From the UHGV virus genome UHGV-0209657: DNA of 55,055 nt. One strand, given 5' to 3'. This DNA comes from a virus. Below, in pieces: positions 46,492 through 54,833 of the stretch. How positions within the stretch are numbered: the first letter of the stretch is position 1; the number at the start of each line of letters is the position of its first letter. A program made the position numbers and the translations under genes. The notes below the pieces were generated by a model. It saw only the letters and a program-made list of their open reading frames with translations, was not told the DNA's origin and searched no databases.

Positions 46492-46785
46492 TTATTCCGG
46501 TTTACTGCCTTCGCGGGCGCAAAACTCCGCGATCTCACGGAAATCATGCACTATGCGATAAATATACAAACCAGCGGCGTTATTGATATGGCTAACATAA
46601 GCGAAATAAACTTTATCATCATCGCCAGTTATCGCCATTGCACCATCACCGCCCGGTGCGCCGTGGAGTTGAACGCCGCAATAGATCTTCCCTTCTTCAA
46701 AAATATTGCGGTCGCGCGTCTGCAATACCTCAAAATATAAATGTTTCATTGTTGCCCCTTTAATAACGTTCAAAGCTGGCAGCAA
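46492..46785 (-). CDS. island ORF (97 aa)
   Basis: Putative paralogue family (FEEGKIY...VYFAY). Confidence 0.3.
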   Translation of the reverse strand: MLPALNVIKGATMKHLYFEVLQTRDRNIFEEGKIYCGVQLHGAPGGDGAMAITGDDDKVYFAYVSHINNAAGLYIYRIVHDFREIAEFCAREGSKPE

Positions 46786-46972
46786 AACCTACACCGGATA
46801 TTTCACCGCCTTCATAGCTCGGCCTGAATACCCATATTTCGTCATGATTATCAATCAAGGCAAGGCAATTACTCATTGTGTGTGCTTCATTGCCATAAAC
46901 GATGTGAACGTCATAAATACTCCCAATCGTGAAAACACTGTCATTGCTTGAGTATGAGCATTTAACTTGCAT
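46760..46972 (-). CDS. island ORF (70 aa)
   Basis: Putative paralogue family (GSIYDV...IWVF). Confidence 0.3.
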   Translation of the reverse strand: MQVKCSYSSNDSVFTIGSIYDVHIVYGNEAHTMSNCLALIDNHDEIWVFRPSYEGGEISGVGFAASFERY

Positions 46973-47217
46973 CAGAAAACCCCTTTATAATCGACCGTGT
47001 ATTTTGCTATCAGATTCCAGTCGCAGTAATTAAGCATGTCGCGAGGCTGCCAGCCTTTCATCCCGACCGCCCGCCGCGCAGCGTGACGGCGATAATCATC
47101 GTTATAGTCAGCTATGCACCACGGCTGGAGAACAAACATATAATTTGCTTCATTAACCAGGATAGCCACCCGCTTTCCTGTTGCCTTGTCTTTTGCCCTG
47201 AAATAATTCACTTTCAT
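46972..47217 (-). CDS. island ORF (81 aa)
   Basis: Packed ORF. Confidence 0.3.
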   Translation of the reverse strand: MKVNYFRAKDKATGKRVAILVNEANYMFVLQPWCIADYNDDYRRHAARRAVGMKGWQPRDMLNYCDWNLIAKYTVDYKGVF

Positions 47218-47429
47218 TTTAATACCTCGTCGATCAGCATTTCTTCTTCCAGGTTAGCCGGACGTTTACGGAATATCCCGGCAAAAACCAGGTCATCAAG
47301 TAGGTCTTTGCGTTTAAATAGCCACTCTTTCATTATTACCCCGTCATCGCTGCGATATACGACGCCGTTTTTCAAAAAATAAAAAGTGCTGGTATTTGTT
47401 TGAAGGTATAAATCTTCGTAAACGTCCAT
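47214..47429 (-). CDS. island ORF (71 aa)
   Basis: Packed ORF. Confidence 0.3.
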   Translation of the reverse strand: MDVYEDLYLQTNTSTFYFLKNGVVYRSDDGVIMKEWLFKRKDLLDDLVFAGIFRKRPANLEEEMLIDEVLK

Positions 47430-47433
47430 GATA

Positions 47434-47661
47434 TTAACCCTCGACTACTTGCAAGCCGCGCCCCTTATCGCCTACGAAGTCGCCCAGGCTAAACGTATAT
47501 GACCACGCCGGGTTAATGTAGTAATCATCAGCACCGTGAGCGATAAGGTCTTTACCCAAAATGACGCAGGTCACATCATCAGAATGAACAACGTCTACCG
47601 TTTCCCCTACCACGCGTTTTAATGATGGGTAGCCGTGATCGTGCAAGAATTTAACTTTCAT
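47434..47661 (-). CDS. island ORF (75 aa)
   Basis: Packed ORF. Confidence 0.3.
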   Translation of the reverse strand: MKVKFLHDHGYPSLKRVVGETVDVVHSDDVTCVILGKDLIAHGADDYYINPAWSYTFSLGDFVGDKGRGLQVVEG

Positions 47662-47945
47662 ATTTCTTTCCCTTTATAAGTAACAGCATCAGCGATCAAC
47701 AATACCGCCAGCAATTCACCGTCATGTAACGGGTCTGGAATAGCAAAAAATATGTCGCTGTTTTTGTCCGGCACTACTACGCGCATATTTCCCTGTTTGT
47801 CTTCATGCACGAACCACGGCTTTTCGTGTGGCTCAAACATGCCGAAAAGTAATTTAAGATCTATTTCTTCACCCTTCGTGAATAACGACACATCAGTTGT
47901 AGTGATAACTAACGCTTTCTGATCTGCTGTTTTCTTCGCTCTCAT
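47658..47945 (-). CDS. island ORF (95 aa)
   Basis: Packed ORF. Confidence 0.3.
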   Translation of the reverse strand: MRAKKTADQKALVITTTDVSLFTKGEEIDLKLLFGMFEPHEKPWFVHEDKQGNMRVVVPDKNSDIFFAIPDPLHDGELLAVLLIADAVTYKGKEI

Positions 47946-48220
47946 TCCTCTGTCTCCCAGCGGTCTATGCTGATTAAAAAGTCCCGGATAGCGTGTCGCT
48001 CGTCGCGCGTCGGTTTACGCTTCCGGTAAATCTTGAAATCAAACCATTCTTTTTCTTGTTCGAAATCCAGATCGTAAGCAAGCGCCTCGATATATCCGCA
48101 GTCGTGATACTGGTAAGCCACGCCAGCACGAACAAAAAAGCGGGTTTTATCCCGCTTGTGTTCATAGATACACATATTTGCCCCACTATGCAGTTGTGTA
48201 ACTATCAACCAGCTTTTCAT
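47942..48220 (-). CDS. island ORF (92 aa)
   Basis: Packed ORF; preferred over overlapping 47974-48186 frame. Confidence 0.3.
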   Translation of the reverse strand: MKSWLIVTQLHSGANMCIYEHKRDKTRFFVRAGVAYQYHDCGYIEALAYDLDFEQEKEWFDFKIYRKRKPTRDERHAIRDFLISIDRWETEE

Positions 48221-48416
48221 CCTTCATTCTGGAAAGCTGCATGATATTCATCGTGTAGCCGTTGTCAGAGAAAAGCCACTCCGCAGCCTTGCGACGAAAA
48301 ACAATATCATCATGGTTATGCGTCCATGTAGCGATAACCACGCGCTTTCCGTCAGTGGCAAACATTGTTAATTCATTATCAACTACGTCGATAGCCTGCC
48401 AGATTTTTAGCTCCAT
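48186..48416 (-). CDS. island ORF (76 aa)
   Basis: Packed ORF. Confidence 0.3.
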   Translation of the reverse strand: MELKIWQAIDVVDNELTMFATDGKRVVIATWTHNHDDIVFRRKAAEWLFSDNGYTMNIMQLSRMKDEKLVDSYTTA

Positions 48417-48772
48417 GATTTACCCCCGTAAATTTTGAATAATTCCCGTGCCTCCTGATCTCCAAATATCTTCATATGCAGGTCATGCAGTCGTCGCATT
48501 GTGCGGAAGCGCGGTCTAAATTCCTGACTTCGTTTAATGTATTTACCGCCAATTGAATAAATATGCCCGTATGCATACCATCTGTTTCCTACCCATATGT
48601 CATATTCTTTGCCTTCGTAATTAAATTTGATTGTTAGCTCCCCGAATTCCATTATTAACCCTTTGTCGAGGATGTCATTAAGCATTTCGTCCCATTCTTT
48701 CAGGAATGGTTGCTGATAAAAACCGAAAAGCGTATTTGCAGCGTGGCAAAGGTAATCAATGATTATTTGCAT
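48407..48772 (-). CDS. island ORF (121 aa)
   Basis: Packed ORF. Confidence 0.3.
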   Translation of the reverse strand: MQIIIDYLCHAANTLFGFYQQPFLKEWDEMLNDILDKGLIMEFGELTIKFNYEGKEYDIWVGNRWYAYGHIYSIGGKYIKRSQEFRPRFRTMRRLHDLHMKIFGDQEARELFKIYGGKSWS

Positions 48773-48776
48773 ATTA

Positions 48777-48992
48777 TCACCACATCATATAATAAACGTT
48801 ATCGTTAGCTACTTTGTCGGCTCGTTCTTGTGTTAATAGCGGCGCACTTTCCATAAAAGCATCAAAATAATGCCACTTATAAACAAGCATACGCGCCCAT
48901 TTGCGGCGCTGGCGCTTATTGTGTCGCAGATCATCAAAAGCCTTTAACGCTTTGTCATACGCCCTTACCAGGCGTTTACGGTTACTTTTCAT
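48777..48992 (-). CDS. island ORF, basic protein (71 aa)
   Basis: Packed ORF. Confidence 0.3.
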   Translation of the reverse strand: MKSNRKRLVRAYDKALKAFDDLRHNKRQRRKWARMLVYKWHYFDAFMESAPLLTQERADKVANDNVYYMMW

Positions 48993-49197
48993 TTTTCACC
49001 CTTCCTATTTCCTTGATCTCAATATTGCGCAACCGGACGTCGCACGGCGTTTCAGATTTACCAGTAAGCGCCAGCGTCAGGTTTTCAGGTGTCGTGTAAA
49101 GAATTATCTCTTTACCAGTGCTAAATTTAATTTCTATGCGGATCTCGTTTTCATCACCGCACAATACGCGGCTAATTGACAGGCCAGCTTTTTTCAT
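48982..49197 (-). CDS. island ORF (71 aa)
   Basis: Packed ORF. Confidence 0.3.
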   Translation of the reverse strand: MKKAGLSISRVLCGDENEIRIEIKFSTGKEIILYTTPENLTLALTGKSETPCDVRLRNIEIKEIGRVKNEK

Positions 49198-49210
49198 TGC
49201 TCAACAAACC

Positions 49211-49510
49211 TTAAAATCTGTATTGCCAGTAAATATCACACTTTATTGCGAATACCTTCACCGGATCAGGGCCGAATAGTGGATGTTGAATCAACTTGAT
49301 TTCGTACCCCATGTAAGGCAATACGATAATCCGGTCTTTCTCATCATCCGATGGATAACCCCATTTAATGATTAATCTTGTGTACTCCCGCCCCTCCAGG
49401 CGTTTACGCCAGTATTCATTGTAAAGCCGGTATTCTTCCACCTTCTTTCCCGCCCGGATGGCGTGGAAGTATTCACCTTTTAAATTCAAATGTAAGTGTT
49501 TATTTGCCAT
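49211..49510 (-). CDS. island ORF, ASCH/DUF3850-like (PUA-fold) protein
   Basis: LHLNLKGEYFHAIRAGKKVEEYR resembles recalled ASCH-like N-terminus. Confidence 0.35.
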   Translation of the reverse strand: MANKHLHLNLKGEYFHAIRAGKKVEEYRLYNEYWRKRLEGREYTRLIIKWGYPSDDEKDRIIVLPYMGYEIKLIQHPLFGPDPVKVFAIKCDIYWQYRF

Positions 49511-49961
49511 CGCTATGATCCTGTAAACAGTCGTTATAGCCTTCGATGTATCCGGTTAATCCGGTATTACTTACTGACCATTCAGCCGTCCGGCGCTCGA
49601 TGGCCTTATCAACCGTCATTTCGTCACCAGGCCCGCCAGGCTCAATATATTTTTTCAAATCCCTTGCTATCCACGCCAGTAATTGTTGTGTATCACCACA
49701 CAACCGCGCTGATAACGTCAGGTCATTAACAAGTTTTGCAAAAAGATGTTCTTTTAATTTAGGCTTCATTGTCGTTACCCGCCCATAAATATGAACAGGC
49801 TTAATAGGTACGGCGGGCAATTCGCCATCGTTTAATGCGCTTGCCATTCCCAATATTAAACGCGCTTCAGCACCAGTGACTTTCTTACACCATGCACCGC
49901 CTGTTTTATCCTCGAACAAGATAACAGCAAACTGATCGTTTATTTCCAGTTTATCCATCAT
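49500..49961 (-). CDS. island ORF (153 aa), first gene after Q
   Basis: Start overlaps Q stop. Confidence 0.3.
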   Translation of the reverse strand: MMDKLEINDQFAVILFEDKTGGAWCKKVTGAEARLILGMASALNDGELPAVPIKPVHIYGRVTTMKPKLKEHLFAKLVNDLTLSARLCGDTQQLLAWIARDLKKYIEPGGPGDEMTVDKAIERRTAEWSVSNTGLTGYIEGYNDCLQDHSDGK

Positions 49962-50680
49962 TCACCTCGCGTCACTCGTTTAATTTCGTTATCAGCCCGC
50001 GCCTCTTCTTTGAACAATTCAGCGATGGCGTCTTCATAGAAAACCCGGTATTTTTTCCACCATGTTGATCGGCTTACCGGAAATACAAGCTGATTAACCG
50101 CACGCCGGACAAGATCTACAGGGAAACGCGAGTACCCGCGCCCGCCGCAATGCTGGCACGTTTTGAACACTGGCATTTCCGCTGCTTCACTGGCTGCTTT
50201 ATCCGGTATCTCGCCGCGCCCTTTGCATCGTTTACAATGATTGCGAACTTTTCCATGCCCCTTGCATTTTTTGCAAAGGTGTTTTTCTCCGTAGTCGTCA
50301 AACGTAAATTTATATCCGCCGCAATCCATACAAGTTTTTTCTGTCGCGGCACTCTGGCAGTAATCCCGAAACGCGAAAACGGCAACAAGAATAATAAGAT
50401 CATTGCGTTGTTCTTCATTTAATTCCATCACGTATTCGTAATCTTTCGCCATAACCCTTAAACGCTCTGTAAGCAAAATTACAGCCCTGTGTTTTTCAGC
50501 TTGCGATAGCTCCATTTTCCCTAAAAAAGCACTATAGCCAAGCTCTACGCGCGATTGCGCCATACCAGCGGCGGTAAGCGCATCCGTCGTATTAAGTGCA
50601 TCCGGGGATGTTCCCCGGCTTTCGCCTGATAATCGCGGTGATTTGGGAAAGTGGAATTTCAGAATGGATTCTAAATTCAT
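49958..50680 (-). CDS. Q: late-gene antiterminator Q (lambda type)
   Basis: LESILKFHFPKSP, AAGMAQS, ELSQAEK, FAFRDYCQSAAT, CGGRGYSRFP match recalled lambda Q; Cys-rich zinc-binding centre. Confidence 0.85.
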   Translation of the reverse strand: MNLESILKFHFPKSPRLSGESRGTSPDALNTTDALTAAGMAQSRVELGYSAFLGKMELSQAEKHRAVILLTERLRVMAKDYEYVMELNEEQRNDLIILVAVFAFRDYCQSAATEKTCMDCGGYKFTFDDYGEKHLCKKCKGHGKVRNHCKRCKGRGEIPDKAASEAAEMPVFKTCQHCGGRGYSRFPVDLVRRAVNQLVFPVSRSTWWKKYRVFYEDAIAELFKEEARADNEIKRVTRGE

Positions 50681-50862
50681 TATTTGCCCCCATAGCGAGC
50701 AATAAGGCGTTTGCGATCAGAAATGGTTTGCACCAGTTTTCTTTCAAGCTCTTTCAGCGCAAGTAATTCCTGCATGTGAAAAGCCTGGATTCGTCTGACT
50801 GTCGCTAAATCATGCTCGTCACGTTGAACATCTATTTGCAGATCTTTAATTTCGTTTTTCAT
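50680..50862 (-). CDS. hypothetical coiled-coil protein (60 aa)
   Basis: ORF between rusA-side genes and Q. Confidence 0.3.
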   Translation of the reverse strand: MKNEIKDLQIDVQRDEHDLATVRRIQAFHMQELLALKELERKLVQTISDRKRLIARYGGK

Positions 50863-51107
50863 TTCTCTACCACCTTAAACCGAGTTTTAAAATGACCCTG
50901 CAAAAAATACTCATTTTTTGACGGGAAATACTGGACTAATCGCCATGCGTCGGCGTCGTCGAAATCAGATACAAGATCGTCTTGTAGAATGAAAGCAAAG
51001 CACCCATGCTTTATAAAACCTGAATATTTTTTACCTTCAGTGAAAAAATCGACGCTTGATTGAGTGCATTTAACAACAATGTTTATTAGCTCCATTGTCA
51101 CCCCCAC
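50859..51107 (-). CDS. hypothetical protein (82 aa)
   Basis: ORF in nin-like region. Confidence 0.3.
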   Translation of the reverse strand: MGVTMELINIVVKCTQSSVDFFTEGKKYSGFIKHGCFAFILQDDLVSDFDDADAWRLVQYFPSKNEYFLQGHFKTRFKVVEK

Positions 51108-51499
51108 ATATTCGTCGCGTATTCGTCAATATCCGGTAGCAGGTCGCCGCGTTCGCGGATCTTAATAAACAAGCGTCCGCCTTTTACCTTCCGGCAGCGG
51201 ACAATTTTTATTGAGTCAATTTGCCCGTCATCCTTCCAAAATCCGGCATAGGTAAGGCTATCAAAAAGGCATTTAGGGATATTATCCAGATCTCTGATCC
51301 GGTTATCCGGCGGCGCGGCATAGATGGCGATTGCCAGTCGGCAAGGTAGGTTAATGTTTAAATTTAATAGCTCGATGATGTCTCTTACTTGTTCCCGATA
51401 TTCCTTCCCCACTTTGCTTATATAGTGAAAACCGCGCGAATGTCGGTAATAGCGATTGTTCGATGGCGGGTAAGGCAGGCTAAAAGAATATTCATTCAT
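51098..51499 (-). CDS. rusA: RusA-family Holliday junction resolvase
   Basis: N-terminal LPYPPSNNRYY motif and size; nin-region context. Confidence 0.75.
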   Translation of the reverse strand: MNEYSFSLPYPPSNNRYYRHSRGFHYISKVGKEYREQVRDIIELLNLNINLPCRLAIAIYAAPPDNRIRDLDNIPKCLFDSLTYAGFWKDDGQIDSIKIVRCRKVKGGRLFIKIRERGDLLPDIDEYATNMWG

Positions 51500-52101
51500 G
51501 CTGCCTTTCTCCTTAAGGCGTCCAATTTCGCCTGATAGATGTTTATTAGCTCCTTACATTCTGCAATCGTCCATTTGTGAGTTTCGTTGTTGTTCTCCAG
51601 AGCTACCACCCTGGCGAGGCCAATTTTTCGAATCAGCGCCGGGCGATACCCTCCGATGTTGCCGTCTAGTGTCTGGTTGCAGTGCCTGCATTGCTTGTGA
51701 CAATTATCCTCGTTGAAGCGAAGGTGTCCGGCGGCTGCTACCGTCCTGTAATGGCCTGCATCCCACCCGCATTGCTCACCGTAGTAAGTCCCGCATGATA
51801 TGCACGGCAATCGCGCGTCACGCTCGCGTATATAAGCGTTAAAAACGTTTTGCGCCTGTTTAATCCAGTAGCTGCGCGGATTTAACTGCTTCCGCTTCCG
51901 GTTGCGTTCTTCCCGCTGGCTATCACGGTGTTTCTTTCGTTCCATAGCCTTCATAGCCTTTTCACGATCGCGGCATAGCTGATCAAACTTCAGTTCTTCC
52001 AGACATTCATCGCTGCACCACGTTTGATTGTGATATTTAGGCTCAAAAAAAACGCCGCAGCATTTGCAACGGCGTCTTATGGGTTTTTTAGGGTTCTGCA
52101 T
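51496..52101 (-). CDS. ninG: NinG/Rap-family recombination protein
   Basis: Basic N-terminus then Cys-cluster (RRRCKCCG...WCSDEC...CISCG...CRHC); ATG at 52099-52101 with GGGGTGG RBS (listed start is GTG). Confidence 0.7.
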   Translation of the reverse strand: MQNPKKPIRRRCKCCGVFFEPKYHNQTWCSDECLEELKFDQLCRDREKAMKAMERKKHRDSQREERNRKRKQLNPRSYWIKQAQNVFNAYIRERDARLPCISCGTYYGEQCGWDAGHYRTVAAAGHLRFNEDNCHKQCRHCNQTLDGNIGGYRPALIRKIGLARVVALENNNETHKWTIAECKELINIYQAKLDALRRKAA

Positions 52102-52115
52102 AAAAACCACCCCGA

Positions 52116-52292
52116 TTATTTTTGATTCTCTGTTTCGTTCAGCCTTTCGGCGTGTCCGGCCATTAGCCAATGATCTAGGCATTCGTTGCACTCGTTACAG
52201 CCTCCTTTCTTTGTGCTGCATACATTGCACATTGCACGCATGACGCTCTCTCGTTCATAGTCGTCATGCCATTGGTAATCATCAAAAGACAT
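52116..52292 (-). CDS. small Cys-rich zinc-ribbon-like protein (58 aa)
   Basis: ATG with AGGAG RBS; translation verified; CNVC..x8..CNECNEC; below ORF-track cutoff. Confidence 0.4.
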   Translation of the reverse strand: MSFDDYQWHDDYERESVMRAMCNVCSTKKGGCNECNECLDHWLMAGHAERLNETENQK

Positions 52293-52368
52293 AATGCTCT
52301 CTCCTTTTCAGGTGATTTCTACGCATTTCAGCGCTGCCGGATTTTTAAAGAGCATTTCGTTTGCTTGA

Positions 52369-52429
52369 AGTATACAAAATGGATACACCAGAACAAGGTG
52401 AATAGCGCCATTATGTGATCCACATCACG
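52369..52429 (-). promoter_or_regulatory. candidate promoter with CRP-like site upstream of nin genes
   Basis: -10 TATACT (52369-52374), -35 TTGTTC (52391-52396), TGTGA-N6-TCACg at 52414-52429, within nested inverted repeats. Confidence 0.35.
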
Positions 52430-52451
52430 CAATGGCGCCATTTTGTAAATT

Positions 52452-53240
52452 TCAGTCCGGTAAAACGCGGTTAAGCGTAGTGCGATTGATGGCCCGGTCG
52501 TTAGCCAGGAATACAGCACGGGCAAAGCCGCGCGGCGTTAGTGAGCGGATCATCTTAGTGCGTTTCGACTTTCCTCCTAACTTAGCGTGCTGCTTACTGT
52601 CTTCCCATTCATCAGGCATTGGCACAGGCCGGAATAGCGGCTGCTTAAATCCATTCCCGCACCAGATACAAGTTTTCTTCGTGTATGCGTCGCGGGCCGC
52701 TATGTATTCAGGGAAAGCAGGGTGTTTATCGTCTTCCGGCAGGTAGCCACCGTAAGCGCACGGGTTGAAGATAAAATCAGGTTTGCGCCATAACGTTGAC
52801 AGTGCGCCCACCGGATTTTCCACCATCCACGGCACGTTATACATATTCGCCAGTTTTTCTACCAGTTTTGCGTTATACGCCGCCTTTACCTGGAAGGCAG
52901 GATCTTTTTCCCGTTTACCAGCGAACCAGCGAGCGCCTGAAACGGCGAGATCGTCGCACGGCGGAAAGCCCAATATAATGTCAGGTGCTGGATAAGAAGA
53001 CAATTCAGGCGAGAACATTACCAGGAAATGGCTGTCAATCCACACGTTAACGTATTCAATATTAGGATGAATGATTTTAACGCCTTCATAATCGCCGTGA
53101 TTTGCACCGTCATAATTGAAGCAATAGCACTTATATCCCGCTTCCGCCCAATCTTTAACGGCGTACCCGCTGCCGTCGTACAGCGACCACACCACCCAAC
53201 TTCTAAGCCAATTATTTAACCAATGTTTGCCCTTGCTCAT
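52452..53240 (-). CDS. C5-cytosine DNA methyltransferase-like protein (compact)
   Basis: Motif I-like LYDGSG, motif IV-like GFPPC, motif VI-like ENPVG in canonical order; 262 aa. Confidence 0.5.
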   Translation of the reverse strand: MSKGKHWLNNWLRSWVVWSLYDGSGYAVKDWAEAGYKCYCFNYDGANHGDYEGVKIIHPNIEYVNVWIDSHFLVMFSPELSSYPAPDIILGFPPCDDLAVSGARWFAGKREKDPAFQVKAAYNAKLVEKLANMYNVPWMVENPVGALSTLWRKPDFIFNPCAYGGYLPEDDKHPAFPEYIAARDAYTKKTCIWCGNGFKQPLFRPVPMPDEWEDSKQHAKLGGKSKRTKMIRSLTPRGFARAVFLANDRAINRTTLNRVLPD

Positions 53241-53740
53241 TTTCTTCCCTCAAACGTGAAATAGCGGCGCATGATGATAGTGATCACCGTTACCGCTGCC
53301 ATTTTTGAGATGAATTGCATCGCTGATATTTCCGGCATAAACGCCATAAACGATAGTGTAGGGAAAATCAACGCATCGCCTATGGCTGACGCTATATTTG
53401 CAGGCCAGCGTTTCGAATCGAAATCACCAGGTAAAACCCGGTAAACGCCGCCAGAAATAAGCGCACCGGAAACAACCGCGACGAATGAGGCGATCGCCAC
53501 CATTCCGGCGTCGTAATTTATCAGCACCGTGATTGCGCCAGCGGCGGCGCATGTTGTAGCCGACCATTTAAGGCCGCCGTCATATAACAGAAAATCACGA
53601 ATCATCATATTGACACACACGGCGGCTACCGTGGTGATCGGAATTACCCACGGGCCACAGTGGTTAACAATAAGATTGATGATAACGAAAACGGCGACAT
53701 AAACGCAGGCTAATAACCTGTCAATTGCCACCATCTTCAT
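53237..53740 (-). CDS. integral membrane protein, possibly VUT/YhhQ-like transporter
   Basis: 4-5 hydrophobic helices; segment ASFVAVVSG..RVL..W.ANIASAIGDALIF resembles recalled YhhQ. Confidence 0.35.
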   Translation of the reverse strand: MKMVAIDRLLACVYVAVFVIINLIVNHCGPWVIPITTVAAVCVNMMIRDFLLYDGGLKWSATTCAAAGAITVLINYDAGMVAIASFVAVVSGALISGGVYRVLPGDFDSKRWPANIASAIGDALIFPTLSFMAFMPEISAMQFISKMAAVTVITIIMRRYFTFEGRK

Positions 53741-54059
53741 TTAGCTCTTCCTCCCGATACGCTAATATCTGTTCGGCCTTAAGCGCGTTATAAGCAATAA
53801 GGTCTATAAGAGTGTCGAGCGGATCAGTTCCATTAGCGAGAATAGCCCCTAAACGCGCTTCCTTGAGGCAAATCATTAGATCCCATACATCAAGTGGGGT
53901 TAAATTCGCATTCATCTTAGCGTTGAAAATAGTGGCTATTTTTGGCGCTGATTTTTCTTCTTTTCGATCGTATCCGTTTTGCTCCCCTCTTGCCTCGATA
54001 GTTTCAGCCGCAAGTCTCAGCAATTCAGCCGCTTTATTCATTTTCTGCACCTCTTGCAT
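53721..54059 (-). CDS. hypothetical protein (112 aa)
   Basis: ORF between membrane protein and Dam. Confidence 0.3.
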   Translation of the reverse strand: MQEVQKMNKAAELLRLAAETIEARGEQNGYDRKEEKSAPKIATIFNAKMNANLTPLDVWDLMICLKEARLGAILANGTDPLDTLIDLIAYNALKAEQILAYREEELNEDGGN

Positions 54060-54585
54060 ATAGCTCTTTACGTGTTATCTGCGTGAAAATACATTCATGT
54101 CTGCACCGTGGATGCCAGATCAAGAACAAGCTACCCTTATTGTTTCCGCTTGCTGGCTTACCAGTAGCGGCATTGATAAACGCCAGACGCCCGCGCGTGA
54201 TTAATCGGCATTCGTTTGCCGTCTCCACGCCGTTCATAAACCAGCTAACAGAAATGTCAGCGGGCAATAGCATTACACAGCCAATATGATTTCGTTTATG
54301 TTCAAGCGCCGCCTTATCAACGAATGGCCCAGGATTAGAATATGGTGGATTAAGCCAAACATACTCACCAGGCATTGCCACCGCTCCCCACGGATAATGC
54401 AACGTGTCCATTTCTTCGGTTATATATCGCGGAACTAGCGCGTTTGCTTTGTTTGCCGCCACGTCCGCGACAAATTCAAATTCGCGGTCCATTCCTCTGA
54501 AAACTGGTTTAGGCGTCTGCCATAGATCTTTAATTTCCTTTGGAGTGTGACTACCTCCAAAATCATTTTTCATCATGACCCCCAT
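54034..54585 (-). CDS. dam: phage Dam-type N6-adenine DNA methyltransferase
   Basis: NPPY catalytic motif (LNPPYSNPGPF) and size; ATG at 54583-54585. Confidence 0.8.
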   Translation of the reverse strand: MGVMMKNDFGGSHTPKEIKDLWQTPKPVFRGMDREFEFVADVAANKANALVPRYITEEMDTLHYPWGAVAMPGEYVWLNPPYSNPGPFVDKAALEHKRNHIGCVMLLPADISVSWFMNGVETANECRLITRGRLAFINAATGKPASGNNKGSLFLIWHPRCRHECIFTQITRKELYARGAENE

Positions 54586-54833
54586 CAGAAATAATCCTGA
54601 TCAGTACCCCACCGATTATTTAGATACCCAACCAACCACACAAAACGCTCAATGCTGATTAGTGGGGCAACCTTGCGATAATGCTTCTCTAATATCAGCC
54701 GCGTGGCTTTATCGCTGTAGCCGTTCTTCTCTACCTCCGCTTTGCAGGCCGAAAGCGCGGCGCGGGCGGCAGTCTTTACGGCGTTAAATTGCGGCTCTGA
54801 CATATTGAATAAAGCCATAGGATCACCATTCAT
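54585..54833 (-). CDS. hypothetical protein
   Basis: Listed start is TTG at 54950; internal ATG at 54833 chosen; stop overlaps Dam start. Confidence 0.25.
   Translation of the reverse strand: MNGDPMALFNMSEPQFNAVKTAARAALSACKAEVEKNGYSDKATRLILEKHYRKVAPLISIERFVWLVGYLNNRWGTDQDYF

Noticed and set aside
47974-48244. Overlapping ORFs 47974-48186 (minus) and 47993-48244 (plus) in the small-gene island
   Set aside because: Both overlap the in-register string of minus-strand island ORFs (47942-48220, 48186-48416) in other frames or strands and lack independent start context.
49958-50680. Q protein read as a DnaJ-type chaperone because of four CxxCxGxG repeats
   Set aside because: N-terminal and C-terminal segments match recalled lambda Q closely, there is no J-domain HPD motif, and the nin-region context fits the antiterminator.
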